Below, in pieces: positions 1-8,022 of a DNA stretch of 32,000 nt (its first letter is position 1; every line of letters begins with the position of its first letter). Both the position numbers and the translations under genes were made by a program. The notes beneath the pieces are model-generated. The model searched no databases and was not told where the DNA came from. It worked only from the letters and a program-made list of their open reading frames with translations. This DNA is from Candidatus Scalindua sp. (GTDB taxonomy: Bacteria; Planctomycetota; Brocadiia; Brocadiales; Scalinduaceae). The stretch lies in contig JALDRA010000001.1 in NCBI GenBank assembly GCA_031316235.1, positions 3,000,001 to 3,032,000 of the forward strand, written 5' to 3'.

Positions 1-517
1 AGGGATTTGCAATACGTATTGCCTGCGAGACATTCAGGTGTGTCAGTCCTCCTGCAATTATTATGGGGAGTGAGGTCTCTGTTTTACCTGCAATCCTCCA
101 GTCAAAGGTGGTTCCTGTTCCTCCCATCTGGTTTTCTGCATATCCGTCCAGCAATAAGGCATTTGCCTCATAGCCTTGTATCTGGGGAATGTCCTCCGCA
201 TTTTTTATTCGAAACGCCTTAATGATCTTAAACTGTTTCAGACTATCTAAAAAACCGGGTTGTTCATTGCCGTGAAGCTGTATAGTGTTGATTCTGCAGT
301 AGTTACAGATATCTTCAATATTCTTGGCACTTTCATTGACAAACAGCCCTACAAGGGTGACAAATGGCGGCAGCTTTTGTACAATATCTTTAACTTTTTC
401 TTTACGTACCTGTCTCTTGCTCCCGGCAAACACAAATCCGATAGCGTCCGTTCCGTAATCAACGGCTATTTTTGCATCTTCAAAATTTGTTATACCACAA
501 ATCTTTATCCTTGTCAT
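1..517 (-). CDS. trpF: Phosphoribosylanthranilate isomerase (TrpF); C-terminal end runs off the window
   Basis: My own reverse-strand translation from the ATG at 517-515 gives MTRIKICGITNFEDAKIAVDYGTDAIGFVFAGSKRQV...TIQLHGNEQP...ALLLDGY...GGTGTTFDW...PIIIAGGL. This is the typical TrpF (beta/alpha)8 signature. A GAGGGA Shine-Dalgarno sequence lies about 10 nt upstream. The gene is absent from the ORF track because it has no stop codon in the window. The track ORF 260..700 (+) is its antisense shadow. Confidence 0.85.
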   Translation of the reverse strand, partial: MTRIKICGITNFEDAKIAVDYGTDAIGFVFAGSKRQVRKEKVKDIVQKLPPFVTLVGLFVNESAKNIEDICNYCRINTIQLHGNEQPGFLDSLKQFKIIKAFRIKNAEDIPQIQGYEANALLLDGYAENQMGGTGTTFDWRIAGKTETSLPIIIAGGLTHLNVSQAIRIANP

Positions 518-860
518 TTCTTATGCTTCCCTCATTTACAATCCTCAATCTCAGAAGCCGACAAGGTTCTTGACTGGTTCTGTTCAATCGGAAAATCTGA
601 ATTTCACGCAAGTTCATGCCCTGAAATTCCAAAAAAATTCTGCAGGGGACACAATAAAAGTTTACCGTTAACTCTTTTTATCATGATCATGATACCGTAA
701 GAAATAATCTAATTCTATAGAGAAATCAATTAATAGTTTGGCAAATTAAATTGAAATCATATTAATAGTACAGTGCAGACATATCAGAATTGAGAGGTGA
801 ATGGTAAAGAATCTCCATATCACCGTGCATTTAATGCTTAACGATTTTGTCTGCTGCGTA

Positions 861-974
861 TATATACTAAAACCGATTTGGTTTTCGGCTTTACCGGAAA
901 CCAAATCTTGGTGAAGGTATACTCGCTCAATTTTATTTCGGATTTTATCCGAAAACCATTTCGAAATGAGTATA
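861..974 (-). repeat. Copy A (intact) of a ~113-nt structured intergenic repeat (MITE/REP-like)
   Basis: The reverse complement reads TATACTCATTTCGAAATGGTTTTCGGATAAAATCCGAAATAAAATTGAGCGAGTATACCTTCACCAAGATTTGGTTTCCGGTAAAGCCGAAAACCAAATCGGTTTTAGTATA. It aligns end to end with copies C and E. It lies in the divergent trpF/CDF intergenic region. Confidence 0.9.
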
Positions 975-1200
975 CAAAGGGATTTCTGCACCAGGTCAAA
1001 TTATATCAGCATGCAATCTGCTGCGGAGCAGTTATCTGGCTTCTCTGATTACCCTGAACTATCATCAGGAGTTTCAATAAGGAGATGGCGGTTTTTCAAC
1101 AATTGACTGTTGACTGAGTTCCATTGTAGTAAAAAAATACTTGATTTTCACCTGGAGCTGTCCTATTCTTATCTTGTTGTAATCAGATAAGGGGAGATTT

Positions 1201-2391
1201 ATGGCAGGAGAATTCAATAAAAAAATAGCGCAAAGAGTTATAAAAAATTTTGATGATGTAGATAACAAAGCGGTACGAATCAGTTACGGTCTGGTTGCCG
1301 GCTGGTTCGGGATTTATGTTACCTTTGTACTTTTTCTGGTGCAGATTACTCTCGGCCTCTTATCAGGGTCAGTATCTCTTATCGCCAATGCGTTTCATCT
1401 CCTCTCACACCTGGCAAACTCAATCATACTTGTCGTGAGTTTCAAGGTGACGGCGCGTCCTGCTACAGAGAAGAATCCATTTGGTCATGGAAGAATAGAA
1501 CATATCGCACCTCTTGTCATGTCTATATTGCTTTTTGTTTCCGGTGTTCAGATAGTAGAGAAGTCTCTTCACCAGGTTTTTTCCCCGCATGAACTCAACT
1601 ATTATCCTGCACTCCCATGGATTCTTTTCTTGACTATAATAATAAAACACTGGCTCTCACGGTTTGTACGCTTTCTGGGAGAGAGAGTTGATTCCCATGC
1701 TATCCTGGCAAATGCGGCTCATCATAAGATTGAATCTGTCATGACACTTACGGTAACCGTGGGGTTAATTGCTGGTCATTATCTTCATCATCCCGAGCTG
1801 GATGGGTATATCGGTATTTTCGTTTCAGCCTGGTTACTCTACCAGGGGTACTCTCATGGTAGAGAGGCAATTGTTCCTCTGCTCGGACAGGCCCCTGATA
1901 AAGACATTATAAAAAAGATCCGAGAGACGGCAAAATCTGTCGAAGGTATTGAGGATGTTCACGAGATTATTGTGCATGACTATGGATCGATGTATCTTAT
2001 TTCATTCCATGCGGAAATACCCGAACGGTTCGGATCAATTGAAATGCATGAAATAGTTGAACGAAGTGAACACAAACTGAGAAAAACATTCGGAGGAGAA
2101 GCGGTATGTCATGTTGATCCTTTAATGGAAAAAAGCCCTAAAATTCAGGCACTGGAGGAGAGATTTAAAGAGATAGTGAATGCGTTTTCCCAGATTGTAG
2201 GCTACCATGATTTTCGGGTTGTGCATGGAAATGATGATAAAGTTATCCTGGTAGCCGATATAGATTTGAAAGAAGATGTGCTCAGTGAGAGTTATGATCA
2301 GATCTCTGAAGAATTTGAAGCTCAGATAAAAAAAGAGATTCAGGATATTCAATACTGCAGTTTCTATATCACACCAAAATTTTCATACTGA
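1201..2391 (+). CDS. Cation diffusion facilitator (CDF) family metal efflux transporter with a tandem C-terminal cytoplasmic domain
   Basis: The ORF encodes 396 aa with six predicted TM helices and the CDF signatures HLLSHLANS and FGHGRIEHIAPL. A ZT_dimer-like domain (VEGIEDVHEIIVHDYGSMYLISFHAEIP...CHVDP) is followed by a second, similar fold (IVGYHDFRVVHGNDDKVILVADIDL). A GGGGAG Shine-Dalgarno sequence precedes the ATG. Confidence 0.9.
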   Translation: MAGEFNKKIAQRVIKNFDDVDNKAVRISYGLVAGWFGIYVTFVLFLVQITLGLLSGSVSLIANAFHLLSHLANSIILVVSFKVTARPATEKNPFGHGRIEHIAPLVMSILLFVSGVQIVEKSLHQVFSPHELNYYPALPWILFLTIIIKHWLSRFVRFLGERVDSHAILANAAHHKIESVMTLTVTVGLIAGHYLHHPELDGYIGIFVSAWLLYQGYSHGREAIVPLLGQAPDKDIIKKIRETAKSVEGIEDVHEIIVHDYGSMYLISFHAEIPERFGSIEMHEIVERSEHKLRKTFGGEAVCHVDPLMEKSPKIQALEERFKEIVNAFSQIVGYHDFRVVHGNDDKVILVADIDLKEDVLSESYDQISEEFEAQIKKEIQDIQYCSFYITPKFSY

Positions 2392-2443
2392 ACCACGCTA
2401 TTTTTAAGATTGGCGTGAGGAATTTCAAAACCATGATATATAC

Positions 2444-2535
2444 TATACTCATCTCATACTGGATTTCGGATAAAATCCGAGATACAATTGAGCGAGTATA
2501 CCTTCACCAAGATTTGGTTTCCGGTAAAACCGATC
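2444..2535 (+). repeat. Copy B of the structured repeat; 3' module replaced or truncated
   Basis: TATACTCATCTCATACTGGATTTCGGATAAAATCCGAGATACAATTGAGCGAGTATACCTTCACCAAGATTTGGTTTCCGGTAAAACCGA matches the consensus and then diverges (TCATTACGATCGAATGG...). The copy starts 53 nt after the CDF stop codon. Confidence 0.85.
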
Positions 2536-2727
2536 ATTACGATCGAATGGTTTGGCCAGGCGGGTAATCTCTGATTCCTGTACCCGGGGTATGATAGGCT
2601 TTCCCTGACCGTATAAAATACCCTTTTGTTTTCTTCAGCAACAGATGCGGTAACAGGCTACTGAGATGGGCTCACGAAAAACATGGAGCGATATGCTTTT
2701 TAATTTCAGAGATCATTTTCGGAACCG

Positions 2728-3384
2728 TTACCCCTCCCTGATCAGGGGGTGCCAGATATCTTCTGAGAGTTTCTCTCCAGATATGGACTCCAATATCTTG
2801 AATATGTACTCATCTTCATCAAGGTTGCTTGACTCAATTACTTCTTTAAATGCCTGATCTGATAGTGGCATAACGGCGGTTAAATCCAGCTTCCATTGTT
2901 CCTGTTCTTTCACAAATTGATACTTCAATGGAGTCTCCTTTCCGTAATTAATAAAGACCGCTGTTGCAGTATCAGTTGACTCAGTAATTTTACCGATATC
3001 AGAGTTGATGACACTATCCTTGCCTATCCACCCCTTATCAACAGAATGGATAAAGAGTTCCTCTGCTGTCATGTGTGAAAGTACCTCCGCATCCATTCGA
3101 TGGCGAAGAAGGATGACCATCATTTTATCAATTGTGGAAAGATTCCTTACCTCCTCTTCTTCCCCTGTCAGGGCAGACTTCATTATTTTACCGTAATACT
3201 CTATCGTGGAATTACTGACATATTGAACTGCCTTGCTGCCATCCTGATCCAGGATAGAGCTTTTGTAATTGTCAAAAGCACCTCTTACGCCACTAACTGC
3301 TATCGTCTGCTGAGGTTCCTCTGCAGTGCAGTTCGAGATTGAAATGCATAATAATATAATTACGGCAGTTATTCTGTAGTTCAT
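2728..3384 (-). CDS. Hypothetical secreted or lipoprotein-like protein
   Basis: The ORF encodes 218 aa with an N-terminal signal peptide (MNYRITAVIILLCISISNC). The composition is acidic and coding-like. It lies 36 nt downstream of the helicase gene on the same strand. I recognised no family motif. Confidence 0.6.
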   Translation of the reverse strand: MNYRITAVIILLCISISNCTAEEPQQTIAVSGVRGAFDNYKSSILDQDGSKAVQYVSNSTIEYYGKIMKSALTGEEEEVRNLSTIDKMMVILLRHRMDAEVLSHMTAEELFIHSVDKGWIGKDSVINSDIGKITESTDTATAVFINYGKETPLKYQFVKEQEQWKLDLTAVMPLSDQAFKEVIESSNLDEDEYIFKILESISGEKLSEDIWHPLIREG

Positions 3385-3420
3385 TGCTATCTCCTTGAAG
3401 AAATTTCATTTCCAATTGGA

Positions 3421-5016
3421 TCAGTTACGTTTTTTCTGACTCTTCTTCGCCTTTGAAAAGGATGGGCCAACCCCTTGTTTTCTCTTTTTAAAGTAAGATA
3501 ATAACGTTTCTGCCTCATGGAAAGGGAGTGTCACAAAGGAGAACTTATCGAGGATTTGAACGTCGCGTATTTTTTCATTTGAGATACCGCACTTTTCTTT
3601 GATAACATTCACCAGTTTTTTACGTGTGAAACCGTCCTGTTTGCCATGGGTGACGAAGAGACGTGTTTTTCCTTTCATATCAACAACTACATTTTCTATC
3701 TTTGTATAGCTTGTCTCGTCCAGCTCGTCCTGAAAGGCATGTTGTAAAAGGGCTGCCAAAATATTCACTGGCTCATTATTTTCTAAAAGCTCCCTGGACA
3801 TTTCGAGATATCCACTCCTTGGAGAGGATTTTACAATGTCTTCAAGGTCGACCTTAATCCTGTTTTTTTTAATGTTGATGATATCCGAAACCTCGGGCAG
3901 CTTCGCTTTACGAATATCTGTTTTTGCTTCTCTCTTAATAAATTGTAATTTTCTGTATTCTTCAGGAGTGATAAATGTTATGGCATTTCCCCCTTTACCC
4001 GCCCGGCCCGTACGGCCGATTCTGTGAACATATGATTCCGGATCCTGGGGCAGAGAATAGTTGATCACGTGGGTAAGGTTCTGCACGTCTATTCCCCGGG
4101 CAGCAACATCGGTTGCTACAAGGATATTGAGGAGTTGTTTTTTAAATTTTTGTAATATTTTTTCCCGCTGGCTCTGTGACATATCTCCATGCAAGGCATC
4201 GGCATCATATCCTCGCTCCATCAGGTGGTTAGCGACAGTATCAACATTTATCTTGGTTCTGCAGAAGACCAGTCCATAAAACTCCTCTTCAATGTCTATG
4301 ATTCTACAAAGAGCCTCAAATTTATCTGCAGCAGATACCTCAAAATAGATCTGGTCAGTCTTATTTGTGGTGAGCTGACCGGTCGTTACCTTGAGAATAT
4401 CGTATTCGCCCATGTATTTTTTAGCAATCTTGATGATTTCCGGCGGCATCGTGGCAGAAAATAGCATCGTACGCTTGTCAGGACCGGTATTTTCTATTAT
4501 CTCGCTGACATCTTCAAGGAAACCCATGTTCAGCATTTCATCAGCTTCATCCAATACAAGAAACGATATTTTGTCTAACTTCAATGTGCGGCGTTTAAGA
4601 TGGTCAATTATCCTTCCGGGGGTACCAACTACCACATCTATCCCTTTCTTAAGGCTTCTGAGCTGCAGGTCCATCGATTGTCCACCGTAGATGGGAATAA
4701 TGCTCAAATTTTTCTTTCCCTTTAATGAATTAATCTCTTCAGCCACCTGGGTAGCCAATTCTCTCGTTGGAGTGAGAACGAGGGCCTGTACAGACTTTGA
4801 CTTTTCTGTCAAGAGTTCTAGTATGGGAAGACCGAAGGCGGCAGTCTTGCCCGTACCGGTTTGTGCTTGCCCGACAATATCTTTCTTTCCTGACAATATG
4901 GCGGGTATGGTCTTTGCCTGTATCGGTGTTGGTTCTTCAAATCCCTTTTGCTTCAGGACACTTAATACTCTTTTAGATAGACCTAAATCTTCAAATGATT
5001 TTATCACAGATTCCAT
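3421..5016 (-). CDS. deaD: DEAD-box ATP-dependent RNA helicase (DeaD/CsdA/CshA-like) with a DbpA-type C-terminal RNA-binding domain
   Basis: The motifs present are the Q motif (FEEPTPIQ), motif I (AQTGTGKT), PTRELA, DEAD, SAT and HRIGRTGRAG. The C-terminus is DbpA-like (RLFVTHGKQDGFTRKKLVNVI...FVTLPFHEAE) and ends in a basic tail. An AGGAGG Shine-Dalgarno sequence is present. Confidence 0.93.
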   Translation of the reverse strand: MESVIKSFEDLGLSKRVLSVLKQKGFEEPTPIQAKTIPAILSGKKDIVGQAQTGTGKTAAFGLPILELLTEKSKSVQALVLTPTRELATQVAEEINSLKGKKNLSIIPIYGGQSMDLQLRSLKKGIDVVVGTPGRIIDHLKRRTLKLDKISFLVLDEADEMLNMGFLEDVSEIIENTGPDKRTMLFSATMPPEIIKIAKKYMGEYDILKVTTGQLTTNKTDQIYFEVSAADKFEALCRIIDIEEEFYGLVFCRTKINVDTVANHLMERGYDADALHGDMSQSQREKILQKFKKQLLNILVATDVAARGIDVQNLTHVINYSLPQDPESYVHRIGRTGRAGKGGNAITFITPEEYRKLQFIKREAKTDIRKAKLPEVSDIINIKKNRIKVDLEDIVKSSPRSGYLEMSRELLENNEPVNILAALLQHAFQDELDETSYTKIENVVVDMKGKTRLFVTHGKQDGFTRKKLVNVIKEKCGISNEKIRDVQILDKFSFVTLPFHEAETLLSYFKKRKQGVGPSFSKAKKSQKKRN

Positions 5017-5728
5017 TTCGTAATTGTGTTCCTCCTTACTTTCCAGCTATTATCCGTTAAGTCACCTTTTTTCCGGGTGAAAATAATGTAGGGTATCACC
5101 CTGAGAGAGGTAATGTCAAATTAAAAAAAAGATGCGAGAATAGTATTGTAAATAATGTGTATGCAATAGCCTACAGAAAAAACGTAGAATTTTCAATTGG
5201 TTAACTCTCTATCAGGATTTTCTTTTAATATACTGTAGGTTAACCCATTCAACACTCTACCGTATTTTTATTACTGCATTTTGATAAGATATTTATACAT
5301 ATATAGTTATTTTTATTTCCCATACTGGTATACTATTCGCTGATCAGGTATGCTTGGAAACGTGAAAAAAGCTTTGTTATTTTTTTCTGATTCCTTCGGA
5401 GGATTATTGGTAGTACGTTTCTCTCTATAGGTTAAGCGTATCCTGCTTCGCAACTCTCATAAAATTACTGCCACGTCTCCACTTGAATGGCTATTGTGTC
5501 CCCATGCCGGGTATCTGCCCGAATGGATTCATCCGTGCGGGTGTAATATGCACGTAAAACATGATCATGGAATTTCTCCGTACCTGCTCTTAATGACAGA
5601 TTGTTTCACGTGCCTTGCTGTCCTCTTCCATCCAGGAGCGATAATATTTCTTCCCCGCTGGTTTATCCCAAGGAAGCGGTGTGGCAGGTTTTTTTCGTTT
5701 ACAGGCTCATGTAAAGTGTTTTTGTGTT

Positions 5729-5842
5729 TATACTCATCTCATAGTGGTTTTCGGATAAAATCCGAGATAAATTTGAGCGAGTATACCTTCACCAGGATAT
5801 GGTTTCCGGTAAAACCGAAAACCATATCGGTTTTAGTATATA
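5729..5842 (+). repeat. Copy C (intact) of the structured repeat
   Basis: The sequence is TATACTCATCTCATAGTGGTTTTCGGATAAAATCCGAGATAAATTTGAGCGAGTATACCTTCACCAGGATATGGTTTCCGGTAAAACCGAAAACCATATCGGTTTTAGTATATA. It ends 37 nt upstream of the CapD-like start codon. Confidence 0.9.
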
Positions 5843-5878
5843 ACTGAAATAGTGAGGATTCTCTGAAACAGTACAGAA

Positions 5879-7945
5879 ATGATAGAGTTCCGAAAAGGTT
5901 TTTTGATTAAGAACAGGCGTATAGTGGTGACAGCCATTCATATCCTTCAGGTAGTGGTGGCGAATTATCTTGCCTTTCTCCTGAGATTTGAGACACCATT
6001 TTCGACTGTGTATGCAGACCAGCTGTTCCCTTCACTTCCTGTCCTGTTGACAATCCGCCTTGCCCTTTACCTTCAGGCGGGCATGTATAAAGATCTCTGG
6101 CGTTATTCAAGTATCAGCGACATGATCAGTATTATAAGGACGGTTGCAATCGGAAGTGTCGTATTCTTTGTGATAAACAGGTATTTCCTGGGGAGTACCT
6201 ACTATCCTCTCTCGGTGTACGTGCTTGAATGGATGCTGCTTCTGTTTATTTCCTGCGGGACCAGGCTTTTGATCAGGGTCTGTTTCAAGAAGTATCGAAG
6301 CTTTCAATCGTCAGCCAGAAAGATCCTGATTATTGGTACGACAGCTGGTGAAGCAATTGTACGGGATATGAAAAACAACCCGGGATCATCGTATAACCCG
6401 ATCGGGTTCATGGACGAAGACCCGTATAAAAAAGGGCTTGAGATACACGGTGTTCCCATCTTCGGTCAAATAAGCGGCCTGGCTGGCGTGATAAAGAAGC
6501 AGAAGCCTGATGAGATACTGATTTCAATGGTTTCAACGGACAGTAAAACGATTAAGAGTATCTATGACCAAAGTAAGCCCTTTAACATTCCTATCAAGAA
6601 ACTGCCCGGGATAAATGATATCCTTGTGGGCAATATTTCCGTGGAAGCGAGACTTGGTCAGCGTTTAATTGACGCCGGCATGGTGAAGGAAACCCAGATA
6701 CAGGAGGCCCTTGCCTTACAGAAGAATGAGGGGGGGATGCTGGGTTCGATACTGGTTCAAAGCGGGTATATCAAGGAGGAAGAGCTTTTTTCTTATCTTA
6801 CCGAGCAGAGCGGTATTTCCCGTATGAAACCGATATCGCTTGAAGATCTGATCCAGAGAGAGCAGGTGAGGTCTGACATACAATCAGTGCGGGAATTTAT
6901 CCAGGGGAAAACGGTGATGGTAACGGGGGCAGGCGGTTCGATAGGGTCTGAGCTGTGCCGTCAGTTAATTAAGTACAACCCCGCTCACCTGGTGCTCTAT
7001 GAGAGATATGAGAACAGTCTGTTTCATATAGATCATGAATTAAACCGTTTTGAAGAGAACAGGGCAAAGAAGAACTTTACGCCGGTGATAGGAGACATGC
7101 TGGATACCAGGAATCTGGAATATGTCTTTTCCACATACAGGCCTCAGATTATTTTTCATGCGGCGGCACACAAACATGTTCCCCTGTTAGAGCAGAACCC
7201 GCTGGAGGCGGTCAAGAACAATGTCTTCGGTACAAAAAATGTGATAGAAGCGGCGGTGAAGTACAATGCGGAGAGTTTTGTGCTGATCTCATCAGACAAG
7301 GCGGTAAACCCGACAAGTACCATGGGGGCCACGAAACGCATAGCCGAGTTTTTAACGATAGCGATGAATGCCTTTTCAAGTACAAAATTTTCAACCGTAC
7401 GGTTTGGAAATGTGCTGGGGAGTAATGGAAGTGTTATCAAGATCTTCGAGGAGCAGTTGAAGCGGGGAGGGCCATTAACGATTACGCATCCGGAGATAAA
7501 GAGGTTTTTCATGCTGATACCGGAGGCGATCCAGCTGGTTCTTATGGCGGCGGCGCTGAAGAAGGGTGGACAGATTCTGGTGCTTGATATGGGAGAGCAG
7601 ATAAAGATCGTAGAGCTTGCGGAGAATCTGATAAGGCTTTCGGGGTTTGTTCCTCATAAGGAGATTAAGATGGAGTTTACGGGTCTTCGCCCTGGTGAGA
7701 AGTTGTATGAAGAGCTGTTTGACAAATCGGAAAAGGTTATCAGCACGATGCATGAAAAGTTCTGGCTGACGATTCCTGAAACTCCTTCGATAGGGGAATT
7801 TAACAATCAGATTGCGGAACTTGAACGCATTGTTCGGGACAATGCAATAGACGAAGTAGTCTCGGCAATTAAGGACATCGTGCCAAGTTTTAAATGTGAT
7901 TACCACCATGAAACTGATCAGTCATTGTCGCAGAATACTGGATAA
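5879..7945 (+). CDS. Membrane-anchored polysaccharide biosynthesis nucleotide-sugar 4,6-dehydratase (CapD/PglF/WbpM family) carrying an inserted MshEN-like motif
   Basis: The ORF encodes 688 aa. It has four N-terminal TM helices, then a Rossmann-like domain (KILIIGTTAGEAIV...NPIGFMDEDP), then the SDR catalytic domain (VMVTGAGGSIGSEL...ISSDKAVNPTSTMGATKR). The insert at residues 258-310 is described in the findings. Confidence 0.92.
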   Translation: MIEFRKGFLIKNRRIVVTAIHILQVVVANYLAFLLRFETPFSTVYADQLFPSLPVLLTIRLALYLQAGMYKDLWRYSSISDMISIIRTVAIGSVVFFVINRYFLGSTYYPLSVYVLEWMLLLFISCGTRLLIRVCFKKYRSFQSSARKILIIGTTAGEAIVRDMKNNPGSSYNPIGFMDEDPYKKGLEIHGVPIFGQISGLAGVIKKQKPDEILISMVSTDSKTIKSIYDQSKPFNIPIKKLPGINDILVGNISVEARLGQRLIDAGMVKETQIQEALALQKNEGGMLGSILVQSGYIKEEELFSYLTEQSGISRMKPISLEDLIQREQVRSDIQSVREFIQGKTVMVTGAGGSIGSELCRQLIKYNPAHLVLYERYENSLFHIDHELNRFEENRAKKNFTPVIGDMLDTRNLEYVFSTYRPQIIFHAAAHKHVPLLEQNPLEAVKNNVFGTKNVIEAAVKYNAESFVLISSDKAVNPTSTMGATKRIAEFLTIAMNAFSSTKFSTVRFGNVLGSNGSVIKIFEEQLKRGGPLTITHPEIKRFFMLIPEAIQLVLMAAALKKGGQILVLDMGEQIKIVELAENLIRLSGFVPHKEIKMEFTGLRPGEKLYEELFDKSEKVISTMHEKFWLTIPETPSIGEFNNQIAELERIVRDNAIDEVVSAIKDIVPSFKCDYHHETDQSLSQNTG

Positions 7946-8022
7946 TTCAATCACTGAGGCTGATACCCCGGTTTGCAGCAAACTCTGCAATGATACAGCG
8001 GGTGAACGTTTGTATTAAAGGG

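Noticed and set aside
260-700. 146-aa plus-strand track ORF
   Set aside because: It is antisense to a clearly recognisable trpF on the minus strand (1-517). Its composition is low-complexity and it has no motifs.
746-991. Track ORFs that run through copies of the repeat (746..991 -, 5494..5847 +, 15885..16079 -, 20025..20228 +, 20045..20266 -)
   Set aside because: The 'protein' similarity between them (e.g. SEYTFTRIWFPVKPK) is just the translated repeat. The frames, starts and stops differ between copies, so the element is non-coding.
977-1200. NiCo (czcD-motif) or other metal riboswitch upstream of the CDF gene
   Set aside because: The region is AT-rich and has no four-way-junction-like GC stems. 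Only a small hairpin (CTTATCT...AGATAAG) lies next to the Shine-Dalgarno sequence.
3663-5023. Multiple 60-110-aa plus-strand ORFs inside the helicase gene, and similar antisense ORFs inside the ABC-F, capD-like, serA, kinase and HPS-RraA genes
   Set aside because: They are shadow ORFs opposite strongly motif-supported genes and have no independent features.
5480-5728. Minus-strand frames upstream of the helicase leader that look vaguely protein-like (e.g. ...HDHVLRAYYTRTDESIRADTRHGDTIAIQVETWQ-stop)
   Set aside because: There is no start codon, the frames are interrupted, and I could not assign a family. It may be an old gene remnant, but that is not supportable from the sequence alone.
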